Positions 47,891 through 57,115 of a stretch of DNA of 64,000 nucleotides are shown in pieces. The position numbers and the translations under genes were made by a program. Source of the DNA: a virus; the IMG/VR virus record IMGVR_UViG_3300006037_000008, positions 3,570 through 67,569 of that record; one strand, given 5' to 3'. The notes beneath the pieces were generated by a model. That model was not told the DNA's origin. It was given only the letters and a program-made list of their open reading frames with translations, and made no database searches. Within the stretch, counting starts at the first letter, position 1. Each line of letters begins with the position of its first letter.

Positions 47891-48100
47891 CTCAAAATCC
47901 TCGCCCCAACGATGGGGCTGTGTGGTTATGCAAAAAGGAACGCACATGCGATCGCAAAGCCCGCCGCCACAAAAAACAAATCATTCATCGCACACTATCC
48001 TCTAAGCGACACTTGCGTATCGTGCCATTCTTGGCGCTGCGGGGGATTGAATCGAGTATATCAAACACGGTGCGCGGTAGTTATTGGTTTTGTTGATATG

Positions 48101-48127
48101 AAAAAGCCCGCTTATTTGGCGGGCTTG
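48101..48127 (-). terminator. terminator after rha
   Basis: AAAAAGCCCGC-ttatttg-GCGGGCTT. Confidence 0.75.
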
Positions 48128-48134
48128 TGTTTGG

Positions 48135-48821
48135 CTAGAATTCAGATCCAATATCAATACAGTACACGTCGAGCCATGCCTGCGCAGGCCATGACTTCAC
48201 AATACCCCAACGCGGGTCTACAACTTCAATCGGCTTTAACCCGCGTTCCTTGCACCACTTTTTCAGCGGTTGCCATTTATAGGCGTTGCCAGTCAGGTTT
48301 TGCACAGCAATGATAGTTGCATGACTCTTGCACCGGCCAATCTCAGCTTGCAACGCGCTAACCTTGCGAGACGCGGCGGACGCTGTAGCCATGGCAGTGG
48401 CTTCACGCTTGCTCCCAATTTGTGCTTTGGTGGCAATGGCATGATCCCGTTCGGCGATAGCTTGCAAGCGGCCTTGTTCGGCCTGCATTGCTATTTGCAG
48501 TATTTCAAGGGTGGTCAATTCAGCAGGTGTTTTGGTCTGTGCCGCTTCGAGTTCTTGCCAGCGGTCAACCACAGCAGCAGTGAATTCTGGCGACAGACGG
48601 GCAACAATCACTAGACTGTCGCGCTTGTCTGACAAATACTCAGTGTAGTTTTGTCGGTTTTGAGGATGGATGTATTCATGGGGTGTCGTATTTTTTACGA
48701 TACCCGCTTCGATCAGCGAGCGGACAAGCTTCAGTACGTTGTCGTGCTGCTTGCCTGTAAGCTGCGCAATTTCGCGGCTAGTCATCACCTGAGCAGACGC
48801 TGCTTTGATTAAATCACTCAT
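48135..48821 (-). CDS. Rha-family antirepressor-like protein
   Basis: MTSREIAQLTGKQHDNV..KRDSLVIVARLSPEFTAAVVDRWQELE; KAQIGSKREATAMATAS C-terminal domain. Confidence 0.85.
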   Translation of the reverse strand: MSDLIKAASAQVMTSREIAQLTGKQHDNVLKLVRSLIEAGIVKNTTPHEYIHPQNRQNYTEYLSDKRDSLVIVARLSPEFTAAVVDRWQELEAAQTKTPAELTTLEILQIAMQAEQGRLQAIAERDHAIATKAQIGSKREATAMATASAASRKVSALQAEIGRCKSHATIIAVQNLTGNAYKWQPLKKWCKERGLKPIEVVDPRWGIVKSWPAQAWLDVYCIDIGSEF

Positions 48822-48838
48822 AATTTTCACTCATAAAA

Positions 48839-48947
48839 AAGCCGTGCATTCGTTACTGTGGTGGAAGATGGGTCGAGTAGCCCAAACACAGCAAAAAACA
48901 CACGGCGTTTTTCAACTCGAATTCTACTTCATTGCACGGCTTCCACA
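48839..48947 (-). ncRNA. C4/CI-like antisense or switch RNA in the rha leader
   Basis: Nested stems present ACUCGA and CUUCCAC unpaired; their complements occur upstream in the same leader. Confidence 0.55.
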
Positions 48948-49151
48948 CCACGCAACAAGTAAAATATAGCACGATTCTGATGGGTGACATATGAATAAAA
49001 GTTATCGGTTAATTTTGATCTATAAATATTATTGATTAATAGTTTTTTGCGCAGCAGGGTGTGATGGTCGAGCCGCCACACTCACCGCTAGACAAAGACC
49101 GGCCAGTCTTGTGAGTGCAGCTTCTCTCCGTTGGGGCGTGGCGGCAAACCG

Positions 49152-49382
49152 TCAAACACGGCTTGGGTGAGCTTTTTGAGTTTGGGTGTGGGGCAGTCTG
49201 ATCACATGACCCCCGACATCCAAATCGAGCGCAGTCGCTTCGCACGGCCACCACGACTCGTCATCAAAATAATACGCAAGCCCATCTTTAGCCTTGTAAA
49301 AAGCCCCTGTTTTTAGGTTTTGATGCGTCGCACCCTCAGGCGCGTTTTTCCAGTCTGTTTGTACTTCGGTCATCTCACTCAT
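49152..49382 (-). CDS. hypothetical phage protein
   Basis: DWKNAPEGATH motif; ATGA overlap. Confidence 0.65.
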   Translation of the reverse strand: MSEMTEVQTDWKNAPEGATHQNLKTGAFYKAKDGLAYYFDDESWWPCEATALDLDVGGHVIRLPHTQTQKAHPSRV

Positions 49383-49549
49383 CCTTTACAAAAAATGATA
49401 GGGAAGAAGCCAGCCTGAGCCAGCTCCTGTTCGCGGATTTTCATTGCCTCGTAGCAGGTTGCAATGCTTTGATAAACTCTTGGTTTCTCACAACTTTGAT
49501 AAGTGCCAGCCTTGGTGGTGATGCAAGCGATAAGGATTAGAGTGTTCAT
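49379..49549 (-). CDS. small Cys-containing hypothetical protein
   Basis: GGAG RBS; ATGA overlaps on both sides. Confidence 0.55.
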   Translation of the reverse strand: MNTLILIACITTKAGTYQSCEKPRVYQSIATCYEAMKIREQELAQAGFFPIIFCKG

Positions 49550-50193
49550 GAAACTCTCCACGACATTAGAGCTTGAAAAACTTCAGGCTTTAACTCCGCT
49601 TGGTAATGCAAAGCAGCAAGCTTGACTTGAGCTTCCTTTGCAATAACATAGGCTTGATACGCTTTTTCTGGGCAATCAAATGAGCCTAGCTGAACCGCCT
49701 CCCCAAAAGAGTTCACTCTGGCTCTAAACTTTCCTTGCTTTTTAACAAAAGTCACACCTCTAGGCCACTGCCCTCTACGCTTGGCGTAGTCATTCAAAAG
49801 TTTATTGATTTGCTGAGGAACAAACCTACAAAAGTCTGGACTATAAAGTTTATTACCTTTTGCCAGAATATCTTTATCTAGGTGTTTGCCTTCTGGCTTA
49901 CCTTGGTAGGCTACTTGAGCATTGACCCATTCAAGGAAACAAGCAAAAGAAAGCCACTCTTGGCAGCAGTCCACCTGCTTATAGGTTGGTTGCTTATTCT
50001 TCGTGACCACAGAGTAGCTTCTTTTTAGCATGTCAGACCAGATCTCGTACTGCCAAAGAAGTTTGCCCTTTATTCTGATCTGAAAGGGAACGTCAACTCT
50101 CCCTACCCCCTGATTGGTTGGAGGGACTGAAATCCTCTCTACTGTCTTTAAGGCATCTACCTCATTTTGCGTAAGTTTTAACTTCAAGATCAC
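49546..50193 (-). CDS. HNH-like homing endonuclease with AP2 domain
   Basis: W.DMLKR, EWLSF..F, LDKDIL..GNKLYSP..C.FVP..IN, GV..KFRA..LGSF. Confidence 0.8.
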   Translation of the reverse strand: MILKLKLTQNEVDALKTVERISVPPTNQGVGRVDVPFQIRIKGKLLWQYEIWSDMLKRSYSVVTKNKQPTYKQVDCCQEWLSFACFLEWVNAQVAYQGKPEGKHLDKDILAKGNKLYSPDFCRFVPQQINKLLNDYAKRRGQWPRGVTFVKKQGKFRARVNSFGEAVQLGSFDCPEKAYQAYVIAKEAQVKLAALHYQAELKPEVFQALMSWRVS

Positions 50194-51616
50194 TCTCCTT
50201 CATTCTCGGAAATGTCAGTACAGGACATTCTGCACTGACCTTGTTACTGTTAATAGAGTTTGCACGAACTTTAACCAGCATCAGTTGTTCAATTGTATCT
50301 CTATACTCAAGTATAACAATGCGAAGCGGGTTAGGTCTAACTCCCCGCTTCGCTCTAGCCACTGCTTGAGTAAAATCATCATCCCCGTAGTCCATAGAGT
50401 GGAAGATGATTATATCCAGGTGAGCCCAGTTAAATCCCGTGCCTGCCGTCTTCGGGGAAGCAACTACAAAATCTAAGTTACCCGCCCTGAACTCCGTATC
50501 AACTTGATTACGCTCAACAGAACTGACAGAACCGTTGATAAGACCCCCTCGGAAACCTAGCTTCTCCAAGTGGATTTTGATCCGTTCCTGCTCGAAGGTG
50601 AAGGGTGCAAAGATCGCCACAGGGTTACCCTCAGCCATATAGCTGGCCAAGCGTTCTTCCTTGGCAGTTGCCTTCTGACCAATCAGGTCCAGATGTTGAA
50701 AATCCACCGCCTGACCTGAGGCATCCCAACCCACCGGAATCCGGATCTTGTGTGGGTGGTTCAAGATTTGACGGCAACGAAGCGTGGCTTGGGCAGGTGC
50801 GCTCCCCATATCAATTGACTCCTGCAACTCAAGCACGCCCTCTTGCTCGAATTGTCGGTAAACCTTCTCATGCTCCCCGCTCAGGTCTACAGTGTCTCGC
50901 ACAATATATTCCTCAACCTCACCATAGACTTGGCGGGAGGTGTGGCAGATTGAATTGCGGTACAGCAGAGCGTTCAGAATTTCGTGGTTTTGCCAGTTGA
51001 TTACACTGCCAAACGTATCAGTCACTTCATGAGTCCCTTGGAAGAACCGATAGGTTTTATAGAACATCGGTTCAATGACCCGACAATAAATGTAGGCGGA
51101 TGTGAGCTTGCCGTAGGGTGTTGGGGTGGCAGTGAGAAATTTGACTTCGATGTCCGCTCTTCTTTGGCAAAGGGTGTCGAATTTCTGAGTGCGCTTTGAG
51201 TTGTACCCTCGGTAATACATGTGAGGTTCATCGCAAATGATCGCAAATACATTCGAGCCTTTGAGATCAGGCCAGTAGTTGAGGATGTAATCTGCAAAAC
51301 CTTCGGCAGTGCATAGAAAAACCTTGGCTTTTGTGTCGGCCAATACTTCCAGTTTCTTGGCCTTGGTGCCGACCAGTTTTACTATCTCAGACTCGTGTAG
51401 ACCCGTCCAAGCGAGTAGCTCGGACTGATTCTTGTTGATCAGGCTGGTAGGTTGAATCCAAATTACGCGCTTGTTCAAATGCTTCACCACATAGCGGGTG
51501 TAGACGCAAGCTGGGGCGGTTTTACCCGTCCCAGCCTGACTACGATCCAACATGCGTGGGGTGTGCATCAAGCGAGCAAGTGTTTGCTTCTGAGCATCCC
51601 GCAGCGTTAATGTCAT
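50162..51616 (-). CDS. SF2 (SNF2-like) DNA helicase
   Basis: AGTGKT, DEPH, TATP, GTGFN, QAVARAKRG. Confidence 0.88.
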   Translation of the reverse strand: MTLTLRDAQKQTLARLMHTPRMLDRSQAGTGKTAPACVYTRYVVKHLNKRVIWIQPTSLINKNQSELLAWTGLHESEIVKLVGTKAKKLEVLADTKAKVFLCTAEGFADYILNYWPDLKGSNVFAIICDEPHMYYRGYNSKRTQKFDTLCQRRADIEVKFLTATPTPYGKLTSAYIYCRVIEPMFYKTYRFFQGTHEVTDTFGSVINWQNHEILNALLYRNSICHTSRQVYGEVEEYIVRDTVDLSGEHEKVYRQFEQEGVLELQESIDMGSAPAQATLRCRQILNHPHKIRIPVGWDASGQAVDFQHLDLIGQKATAKEERLASYMAEGNPVAIFAPFTFEQERIKIHLEKLGFRGGLINGSVSSVERNQVDTEFRAGNLDFVVASPKTAGTGFNWAHLDIIIFHSMDYGDDDFTQAVARAKRGVRPNPLRIVILEYRDTIEQLMLVKVRANSINSNKVSAECPVLTFPRMKESDLEVKTYAK

Positions 51617-51990
51617 TTGAAGGTAACCCTTACACTTGGTTTGGTGGAGATTAGGTTGGCGGGTAGAAACTTGGCAGTCTTCTCTGCCGAAATAGTCACA
51701 TACTCGCTTGGATTGATCTGTTGCTCAGCCATCCAGCTTAGGGCGGCGGAGTTGTCATTGACGACCCTTGTGTTGACCAGTGTGATCTTCATGCTGTTGC
51801 CAAAGCCTAGGGATTGGCTGCCGTCGCTCGCCACCCCTTTTGCATATTCCTTGAGCGCCTGCTCAAGTTTTTCAATCTGGCGAATAGCTGCCGAATGTTC
51901 ATCCAGCAGTGTTTGACGTAGGTCTAGCGCCTCCTGCAATGCAGCATGGTCGAAGCAGTCGAGACGAGCGATTAGTTCGGAGTAGTTCAT
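51613..51990 (-). CDS. hypothetical protein (coiled coil, loosely Gam/Gp157-like layout)
   Basis: 125 aa; ATGA overlaps. Confidence 0.6.
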   Translation of the reverse strand: MNYSELIARLDCFDHAALQEALDLRQTLLDEHSAAIRQIEKLEQALKEYAKGVASDGSQSLGFGNSMKITLVNTRVVNDNSAALSWMAEQQINPSEYVTISAEKTAKFLPANLISTKPSVRVTFK

Positions 51991-52364
51991 GGGTAATCAT
52001 CATCCATTGGGTCGAGGTCATAGAACTTGGGTTTAGATGTTTCGGTGAAATCTTTAGGTTGGGTTTTTCGGGTTGGTTTGACAGAACCTACCAAAGGAGC
52101 TTCAGTAGGTTTGGTGAGTTTTAGAAAATCTGCGTTGAACCCAGCATTGTTGATCAGTGCCAAGATTTCAAACAGTTCACCTAAAGTTACTCGGGCATGT
52201 TCATGGACTTCAAGTTTGGGACTAAACCCATTCTTGGTGAGAGCTTTGAGAATGCTGTTCTCCAGCTTCTCATTGCTAGAAACCTCCAGATACCGCAGAA
52301 GCAGTACCTGAAAGTCTTGCTGTGCCTTTTGCTCAGCCTTGCTGAGGGCAGGTAGGATCCTCAT
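51987..52364 (-). CDS. hypothetical protein
   Basis: Translationally coupled ORF in the operon. Confidence 0.6.
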   Translation of the reverse strand: MRILPALSKAEQKAQQDFQVLLLRYLEVSSNEKLENSILKALTKNGFSPKLEVHEHARVTLGELFEILALINNAGFNADFLKLTKPTEAPLVGSVKPTRKTQPKDFTETSKPKFYDLDPMDDDYP

Positions 52365-52600
52365 TTTGAGGGGATCAGTCGATCAACCGCATTGGCCAGC
52401 CTTACCAGAATTAGGCTTGCATAGTTGATCACAGCTGCCAGAATTAGTAGCAAAGCGAAGGTGAAAATCCAAGGAAAATAGAGTAGCCAAAGCATGGATT
52501 TTCGCTTCGTTTGCACCTGAAAAACGATCAAGGTAGACCACAAGCTAAAGACTACCAGTGTAGTCAGATAAGGGTCATAGATCATGGGCATCAATTTCAC
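52361..52600 (-). CDS. small membrane protein
   Basis: Two hydrophobic segments. Confidence 0.55.
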   Translation of the reverse strand: MKLMPMIYDPYLTTLVVFSLWSTLIVFQVQTKRKSMLWLLYFPWIFTFALLLILAAVINYASLILVRLANAVDRLIPSK

Positions 52601-52964
52601 CGTTGAGAACCTGTTGGATTGAAAAATTCAAGATTGCCTCGGCAGTCTTGGCTGGGTTATGTTTTGGCAAATTGGGCATACTTCGATACAAAACCTTGTT
52701 GAACTCAGCAACCACCGAGACAATAGAAAAGGCAGGCCAAGCGGGTTTGGGTAGAACCCGAATATCCAGTTCGAGGGTTACTGGGTCGTAGTATTGAATA
52801 CTCTGATCACCAATGCACACCTGACAAGCCTTTCCAGAATTGTAGTAGACCAAAACATTCGTGCCAATTTTATAGCGATTGCGTCTAGCCTTGCTCACCA
52901 TGTCGTGTGTATCTTGTATCAGTTGGTGAATCAACTTGTGATAGGGGCTAACGAATTTGGCCAA
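52575..52964 (-). CDS. hypothetical protein
   Basis: GGAGG RBS before a TTG start. Confidence 0.6.
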   Translation of the reverse strand: MAKFVSPYHKLIHQLIQDTHDMVSKARRNRYKIGTNVLVYYNSGKACQVCIGDQSIQYYDPVTLELDIRVLPKPAWPAFSIVSVVAEFNKVLYRSMPNLPKHNPAKTAEAILNFSIQQVLNGEIDAHDL

Positions 52965-53406
52965 GGTTGACCTCCGGATTTACGATTGCGTAGGTAGGAG
53001 TGTTGTGGACTAATCGGGCAAGCAGCAGATCGCCGACCTTACAGCCCAGCTGCTCAGCCTCACGATTGATTAAGAGAGGGCTGGTCAAGCCCTCATAACC
53101 TAATGCCTCGGACTGGCACTTGAGCAAAACTTCATCCGGAGCTTCCAAGATTTCCAGTCTTAGCCCATCTCGTGCCGAGTAAACTACGCCCAGCAGGAAG
53201 TCTGGTTTTTGGGTGCTGTAGAGTAGAATGTCTGCCCCGCTGTAGTAGGGATGCAGCGTTTTATACTGCTCCATCAAACCCATCATGCCTCTGGCTCGCC
53301 ACTGGGCTGTGTCCACCTTTGTCTTGGGTTGTAGGGGTAGATTCATTGGCCACGCGAGGCGGCCGGTGGTGTCGATGGATTGCAGGACATCAGTTGCTTT
53401 GATCAT
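52948..53406 (-). CDS. hypothetical protein
   Basis: Packed ORF; start reassigned to MIKAT. Confidence 0.55.
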   Translation of the reverse strand: MIKATDVLQSIDTTGRLAWPMNLPLQPKTKVDTAQWRARGMMGLMEQYKTLHPYYSGADILLYSTQKPDFLLGVVYSARDGLRLEILEAPDEVLLKCQSEALGYEGLTSPLLINREAEQLGCKVGDLLLARLVHNTPTYAIVNPEVNLGQIR

Positions 53407-53755
53407 ACATTTCTCGCAAGGCTTCTTGGGTGATTTCAAAAACTTGTAAAACTCTAAACTCTGCATTTACATAGTCAGGGTCATCGCTGCTCGCTAGATC
53501 GGAAAATAGAACATCTAGCGGTGTGATGTCCAGAATGTCGAGGGGCATCTTGAGGCCAAGTGAATTAAACTTGACTAGAATCTGCTGGTCGGTCAGGTAG
53601 GTGAGACTCTCGTAGCCTGACAGGTTCTGGTAAGTGTTAAGCCAATCTGTGATGATGTGATTGACAGTCTCACCCTTGATCTTGAGATTGCGGGTCTTGT
53701 CTTTGAGAGTGTAGAGTCGGGAACGTGGATTGTAGCTGACTTTGAATAGTGGCAC
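53390..53755 (-). CDS. hypothetical protein
   Basis: AGGAG RBS. Confidence 0.6.
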   Translation of the reverse strand: MPLFKVSYNPRSRLYTLKDKTRNLKIKGETVNHIITDWLNTYQNLSGYESLTYLTDQQILVKFNSLGLKMPLDILDITPLDVLFSDLASSDDPDYVNAEFRVLQVFEITQEALREMYDQSN

Positions 53756-53765
53756 GATATAGCTC

Positions 53766-54023
53766 CTAGGCTAGAAAGAAACGTCTTGGGTTCTTGGGTG
53801 AATTGATAAACATGGGTTGAGATCCCTCCTGATTGACATAGACTTGGACTGGCCGATCAAGACCGCTGGGTACGGTCCAAACACCTAAAAACTTGAAATC
53901 CTTGTCCAGCTCGATTACAACAGGCTCAGAGTTGAGACGATGAAACAGGTCTTCGTGATCAAGTTCTTCGGCCATTTCTTCGGTTAGGCCAAGATTGCTC
54001 AGCCAGATTTGATAGTCAGTCAT
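53766..54023 (-). CDS. hypothetical protein
   Basis: GGAG RBS; ATGA overlap. Confidence 0.6.
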   Translation of the reverse strand: MTDYQIWLSNLGLTEEMAEELDHEDLFHRLNSEPVVIELDKDFKFLGVWTVPSGLDRPVQVYVNQEGSQPMFINSPKNPRRFFLA

Positions 54024-54343
54024 TGCGGTAACTCCACTAGGTTGAAAATAATTTGGTCTTGCTGTGCGTTAAGCATGGTCAGCAAGTCTTGCAGCAGGTA
54101 ATCACCCAACTGAGCGAGGGTCAATCGGCAGAATTGATCATGCGAAAAGATTGATCTCGAGGTGACTCCGTAGAGTGTGAGACGGAAATCATAGTCCATC
54201 TCATCCTTGAGGACGTTCATCTCGATCTGATTCGATTGCATCAGCAGATTCAAACTTTCCAGAACCAGACTTAGATTCTTGGCCGCTAACTCCGTATGAG
54301 TTTGAAAACTTTGGATTTGGTTCATCATGTTCATCATGTTCAT
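54020..54343 (-). CDS. hypothetical protein
   Basis: GGAGG RBS before MNMMNMMNQ. Confidence 0.55.
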   Translation of the reverse strand: MNMMNMMNQIQSFQTHTELAAKNLSLVLESLNLLMQSNQIEMNVLKDEMDYDFRLTLYGVTSRSIFSHDQFCRLTLAQLGDYLLQDLLTMLNAQQDQIIFNLVELPQ

Positions 54344-54384
54344 CAGTCCTCCCAGACCAAATAGACCCAACAGATTAAGCTCAT
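54343..54384 (-). CDS. 13-aa micro-ORF MSLICWVYLVWED
   Basis: TGATG stop/start overlaps at both ends. Confidence 0.4.
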   Translation of the reverse strand: MSLICWVYLVWED

Positions 54385-54737
54385 CACATATTCTCCATGC
54401 CATGAGCCATATGGTTTGGGACTTCGTGGTGTTCACCCGCACTATTGACCATGCTGGTCTGCACCATCATTTGGGTTGAGGGAAAAATCCCGACCAATAG
54501 TTCAGCCAGCTTTGTTCTAATAGCCCCCTCCATCTCACCAGAGTACAGGTGAGTCTCAGGGGCGATGGCCACGGTGATCCATCGAGAGCTGAGCCATGCT
54601 GAGATGATTGCGCTGCTGGTTGTGCTGTAGCCGTTGTGTTGGTGAATGGAGCAGTGCAGGCCGATTGAAGGAGCGAACAGATGATCGTTCAGCAGCTTGA
54701 GGTGGGGTTTGAAAACGGAAAAGGTTTCGAGTTTCAT
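54384..54737 (-). CDS. hypothetical protein
   Basis: AAGGA RBS; ATGA overlap. Confidence 0.55.
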   Translation of the reverse strand: MKLETFSVFKPHLKLLNDHLFAPSIGLHCSIHQHNGYSTTSSAIISAWLSSRWITVAIAPETHLYSGEMEGAIRTKLAELLVGIFPSTQMMVQTSMVNSAGEHHEVPNHMAHGMENM

Positions 54738-55060
54738 AGCGCAATATCCTTCATGTCAGAGCTAGGTTCAAAGTGATTGCTGAAAAAGACGCTGGTGGGT
54801 GGTGAGAAGATAAACAACTGACGCGGGTCAATCTTTTCACCCAGACCTTTCTTAATCACCTCAATCAATTCTACTGCCTTAATCTCATGGGGTGGGATGC
54901 AGACCATTACTTGCCAGCTATCGCCATCCCAGACCTGAATCTCGGCACTGGCGTGGCCTGAGGTCTCATGGATCGAGAGGTTTAGTGGAGCTACTTGGCC
55001 GAAGCGTTTAAAGGCATCTAGTACAATCGGTTGTACAAAAACTTGCTTGAGTTCACACAT
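54734..55060 (-). CDS. hypothetical protein
   Basis: Start reassigned to MCELK, overlapping the stop of a small upstream ORF. Confidence 0.55.
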   Translation of the reverse strand: MCELKQVFVQPIVLDAFKRFGQVAPLNLSIHETSGHASAEIQVWDGDSWQVMVCIPPHEIKAVELIEVIKKGLGEKIDPRQLFIFSPPTSVFFSNHFEPSSDMKDIAL

Positions 55061-55175
55061 GATAGGAATCCAGAATTTCGCAGAGTTGATTGAAGAGATC
55101 CATTTGGGTTGAATCAGCATGGCGGAGATTGTCAGTCTCCGCCATCAGTTGAGCGAGTTGCTCAAGTGCTACCAC
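55053..55175 (-). CDS. 40-aa acidic helical protein
   Basis: GTG start after AGGAG; MVALEQLAQLMAETDNLRHADSTQMDLFNQLCEILDSYHV fills the gap exactly. Confidence 0.5.
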   Translation of the reverse strand: MVALEQLAQLMAETDNLRHADSTQMDLFNQLCEILDSYHV

Positions 55176-55639
55176 TCGCCTTTCTCCTGAACTATATAAC
55201 CAGAGATCCAGTTAGCTCGTGGGCTATAATCAAAGGTGGCTTGCAAATGAACACCGATCTGTTCAAGCAATCGCGCCACTTTTTCGAAGTCGTCGTTGTC
55301 AACTACAACCCGAACTGGCTCAGTGTCGGCAGTTGCTAGGTTGGCAACCAGATTGCGGATCCCATCGGCTAAATCGCCAGTTATGCAGCTGTGATAAGTT
55401 TTGGTATCGAGGTGATATTCTGTGCGGAATAAATCATCACGCTGCAACCATTCTTCTTGATAGCAATCCGTTGCCCACTCAGCCAGTACGATTGGGTTGA
55501 GGTGTAAACCTTGACCCATGGTCTTATACTTGCGGCCTGAGCGATGATCTGTGAGAGTGAGGGTTGGAGTTCCCTCGAAACCTTTACGGCGCGAGGTTCC
55601 GTGTTTGAAGCTGATAGCGAAAATCGGTTGTTGTTTCAT
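55169..55639 (-). CDS. hypothetical protein
   Basis: ATG (MKQQP) overlaps the upstream stop. Confidence 0.6.
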   Translation of the reverse strand: MKQQPIFAISFKHGTSRRKGFEGTPTLTLTDHRSGRKYKTMGQGLHLNPIVLAEWATDCYQEEWLQRDDLFRTEYHLDTKTYHSCITGDLADGIRNLVANLATADTEPVRVVVDNDDFEKVARLLEQIGVHLQATFDYSPRANWISGYIVQEKGEW

Positions 55640-56298
55640 AATGTCACCGTTGGAATAGATTGAAGGGTTTTTTGGTATTGCCGACCGTGGCCAATATAGG
55701 CAATGACTGGTGCATTTTTGCTCCAGCAAGCTCGGCAATTCTGACACATGCCCTGCTGCTCCGGAGCAGGGCAAACGAATACGCCGTTTCGGGCATACTC
55801 TTTATGGGGGATGATGGTGGATGTGGTTGGCCAATCGAGTTGCACCAACTCTCCGGTAAGACTATCAGAGGAGAGTCGAATTACCACGTTGGGCAACTGT
55901 TGCATTTTGGTAAGGATGGGTAAAAACGTAACATCCTTGTGCATCCGGGTGGGCATCCAGTGGCGGGTGTGGGGTGTTGCCTGCATGATCTGGTAAATTT
56001 TCTCAGCCAGATCAATATGGTACAGGTCTCCGCTGTCGAACCAGCGAAGTTGCGGTAGATCGTAGATTAGGCGGGTCATCTTACCGACCCAGTTAGCTTC
56101 CTGCCACTCAATCGCATTTTTCGCCCTCACCGCCTTTACGTTCTTGAACCGATAATTACCATCGGTTGCGTAGCAAGTGCGGCAAGCATCCACAAGCTGT
56201 CCCATACGGTCGAAGGCTTGTGGGCAGTGTTCGATGGCCTGTAGAGACCAACTGTGGCAGGACATTTTGGATGTTTTTGAAATGGGCATAATTTGCAC
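55636..56298 (-). CDS. Gp88-family Cys-rich (Fe-S / radical-SAM-like) phage protein
   Basis: SKM..SWSL.A..CP, C..CYA..GNY, RW.DSGD, HW.PTR, C..C.ACW. Confidence 0.75.
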   Translation of the reverse strand: MQIMPISKTSKMSCHSWSLQAIEHCPQAFDRMGQLVDACRTCYATDGNYRFKNVKAVRAKNAIEWQEANWVGKMTRLIYDLPQLRWFDSGDLYHIDLAEKIYQIMQATPHTRHWMPTRMHKDVTFLPILTKMQQLPNVVIRLSSDSLTGELVQLDWPTTSTIIPHKEYARNGVFVCPAPEQQGMCQNCRACWSKNAPVIAYIGHGRQYQKTLQSIPTVTL

Positions 56299-56303
56299 CT
56301 ACT

Positions 56304-56510
56304 CTACGGTTGCGGTTGGGTGAATTTCTCGAAATAGCCAGATTCGACCATTTCTAGCAAGCTACCGATGGTCATATTTGAGACCAGACTGGACTGGCGT
56401 GGGAAGGCGACGGCATACAAGCTGCTGCCCTGGCATCGAACGACCAGACCATGCTGACGTAGAATGGTTCGGCAATAGCTGAGGGTTTCGCGGTTGGTCA
56501 TACCTATCAT
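56304..56510 (-). CDS. hypothetical protein
   Basis: GGAG RBS. Confidence 0.5.
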   Translation of the reverse strand: MIGMTNRETLSYCRTILRQHGLVVRCQGSSLYAVAFPRQSSLVSNMTIGSLLEMVESGYFEKFTQPQP

Positions 56511-56573
56511 GAGAGTTGCTCCGTAAAAATTGCATGAGGGAATGGTAGGGGGGAGTTATGAACCCCCCTTTTT

Positions 56574-56873
56574 TTACGCTTCAGAACCTAGTGGATGGTT
56601 TTTGATCAGCTCAGTTAGCGTCCCCATGTACTTCTGTTCAGCCACAGAGATCACAGCCAAATCCTTCCAATAACTGTTGCGGGTTTTCTGGTGTGGCTCC
56701 AAAGAGTCTAGCAATTCTGGACGGTTATCACAGATCCAGTGGGTGAAGATTGCCTGAACATTTTCGGGGGTTTGCCAAGCTGGGTGCTCATGGAGAACAG
56801 TTTGGCCATCAATAATCAAGACACCACTTGCGTAGACCTCTTTGTGGCGAATGTACATTTCGATACGTTTCAT
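56574..56873 (-). CDS. hypothetical protein
   Basis: GAGGT RBS; ATGA overlap. Confidence 0.6.
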   Translation of the reverse strand: MKRIEMYIRHKEVYASGVLIIDGQTVLHEHPAWQTPENVQAIFTHWICDNRPELLDSLEPHQKTRNSYWKDLAVISVAEQKYMGTLTELIKNHPLGSEA

Positions 56874-57115
56874 GGTGTTACCTCACTTACTTGGATGATG
56901 TCGCAAGGAGTGCTGCCTTGCTCTCGGTGGTATAAGCCGTCAGAGTCATATAGTCGGCATCTTTTGAGAAGACGATGGGGGTTGATCCGACCTTTCCAGT
57001 TGGGATCCAGCTGATCTTCTACTTCTCCCCCTGAGCGGAAGTAGAAAATATAGGTTTGACCCGTCTTGAGTTCGGCCAGATTGATATTGGGGGCTTTCTG
57101 AATCGTTCGGCTCAT
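56870..57115 (-). CDS. hypothetical protein
   Basis: TGATG overlap. Confidence 0.6.
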   Translation of the reverse strand: MSRTIQKAPNINLAELKTGQTYIFYFRSGGEVEDQLDPNWKGRINPHRLLKRCRLYDSDGLYHREQGSTPCDIIQVSEVTP

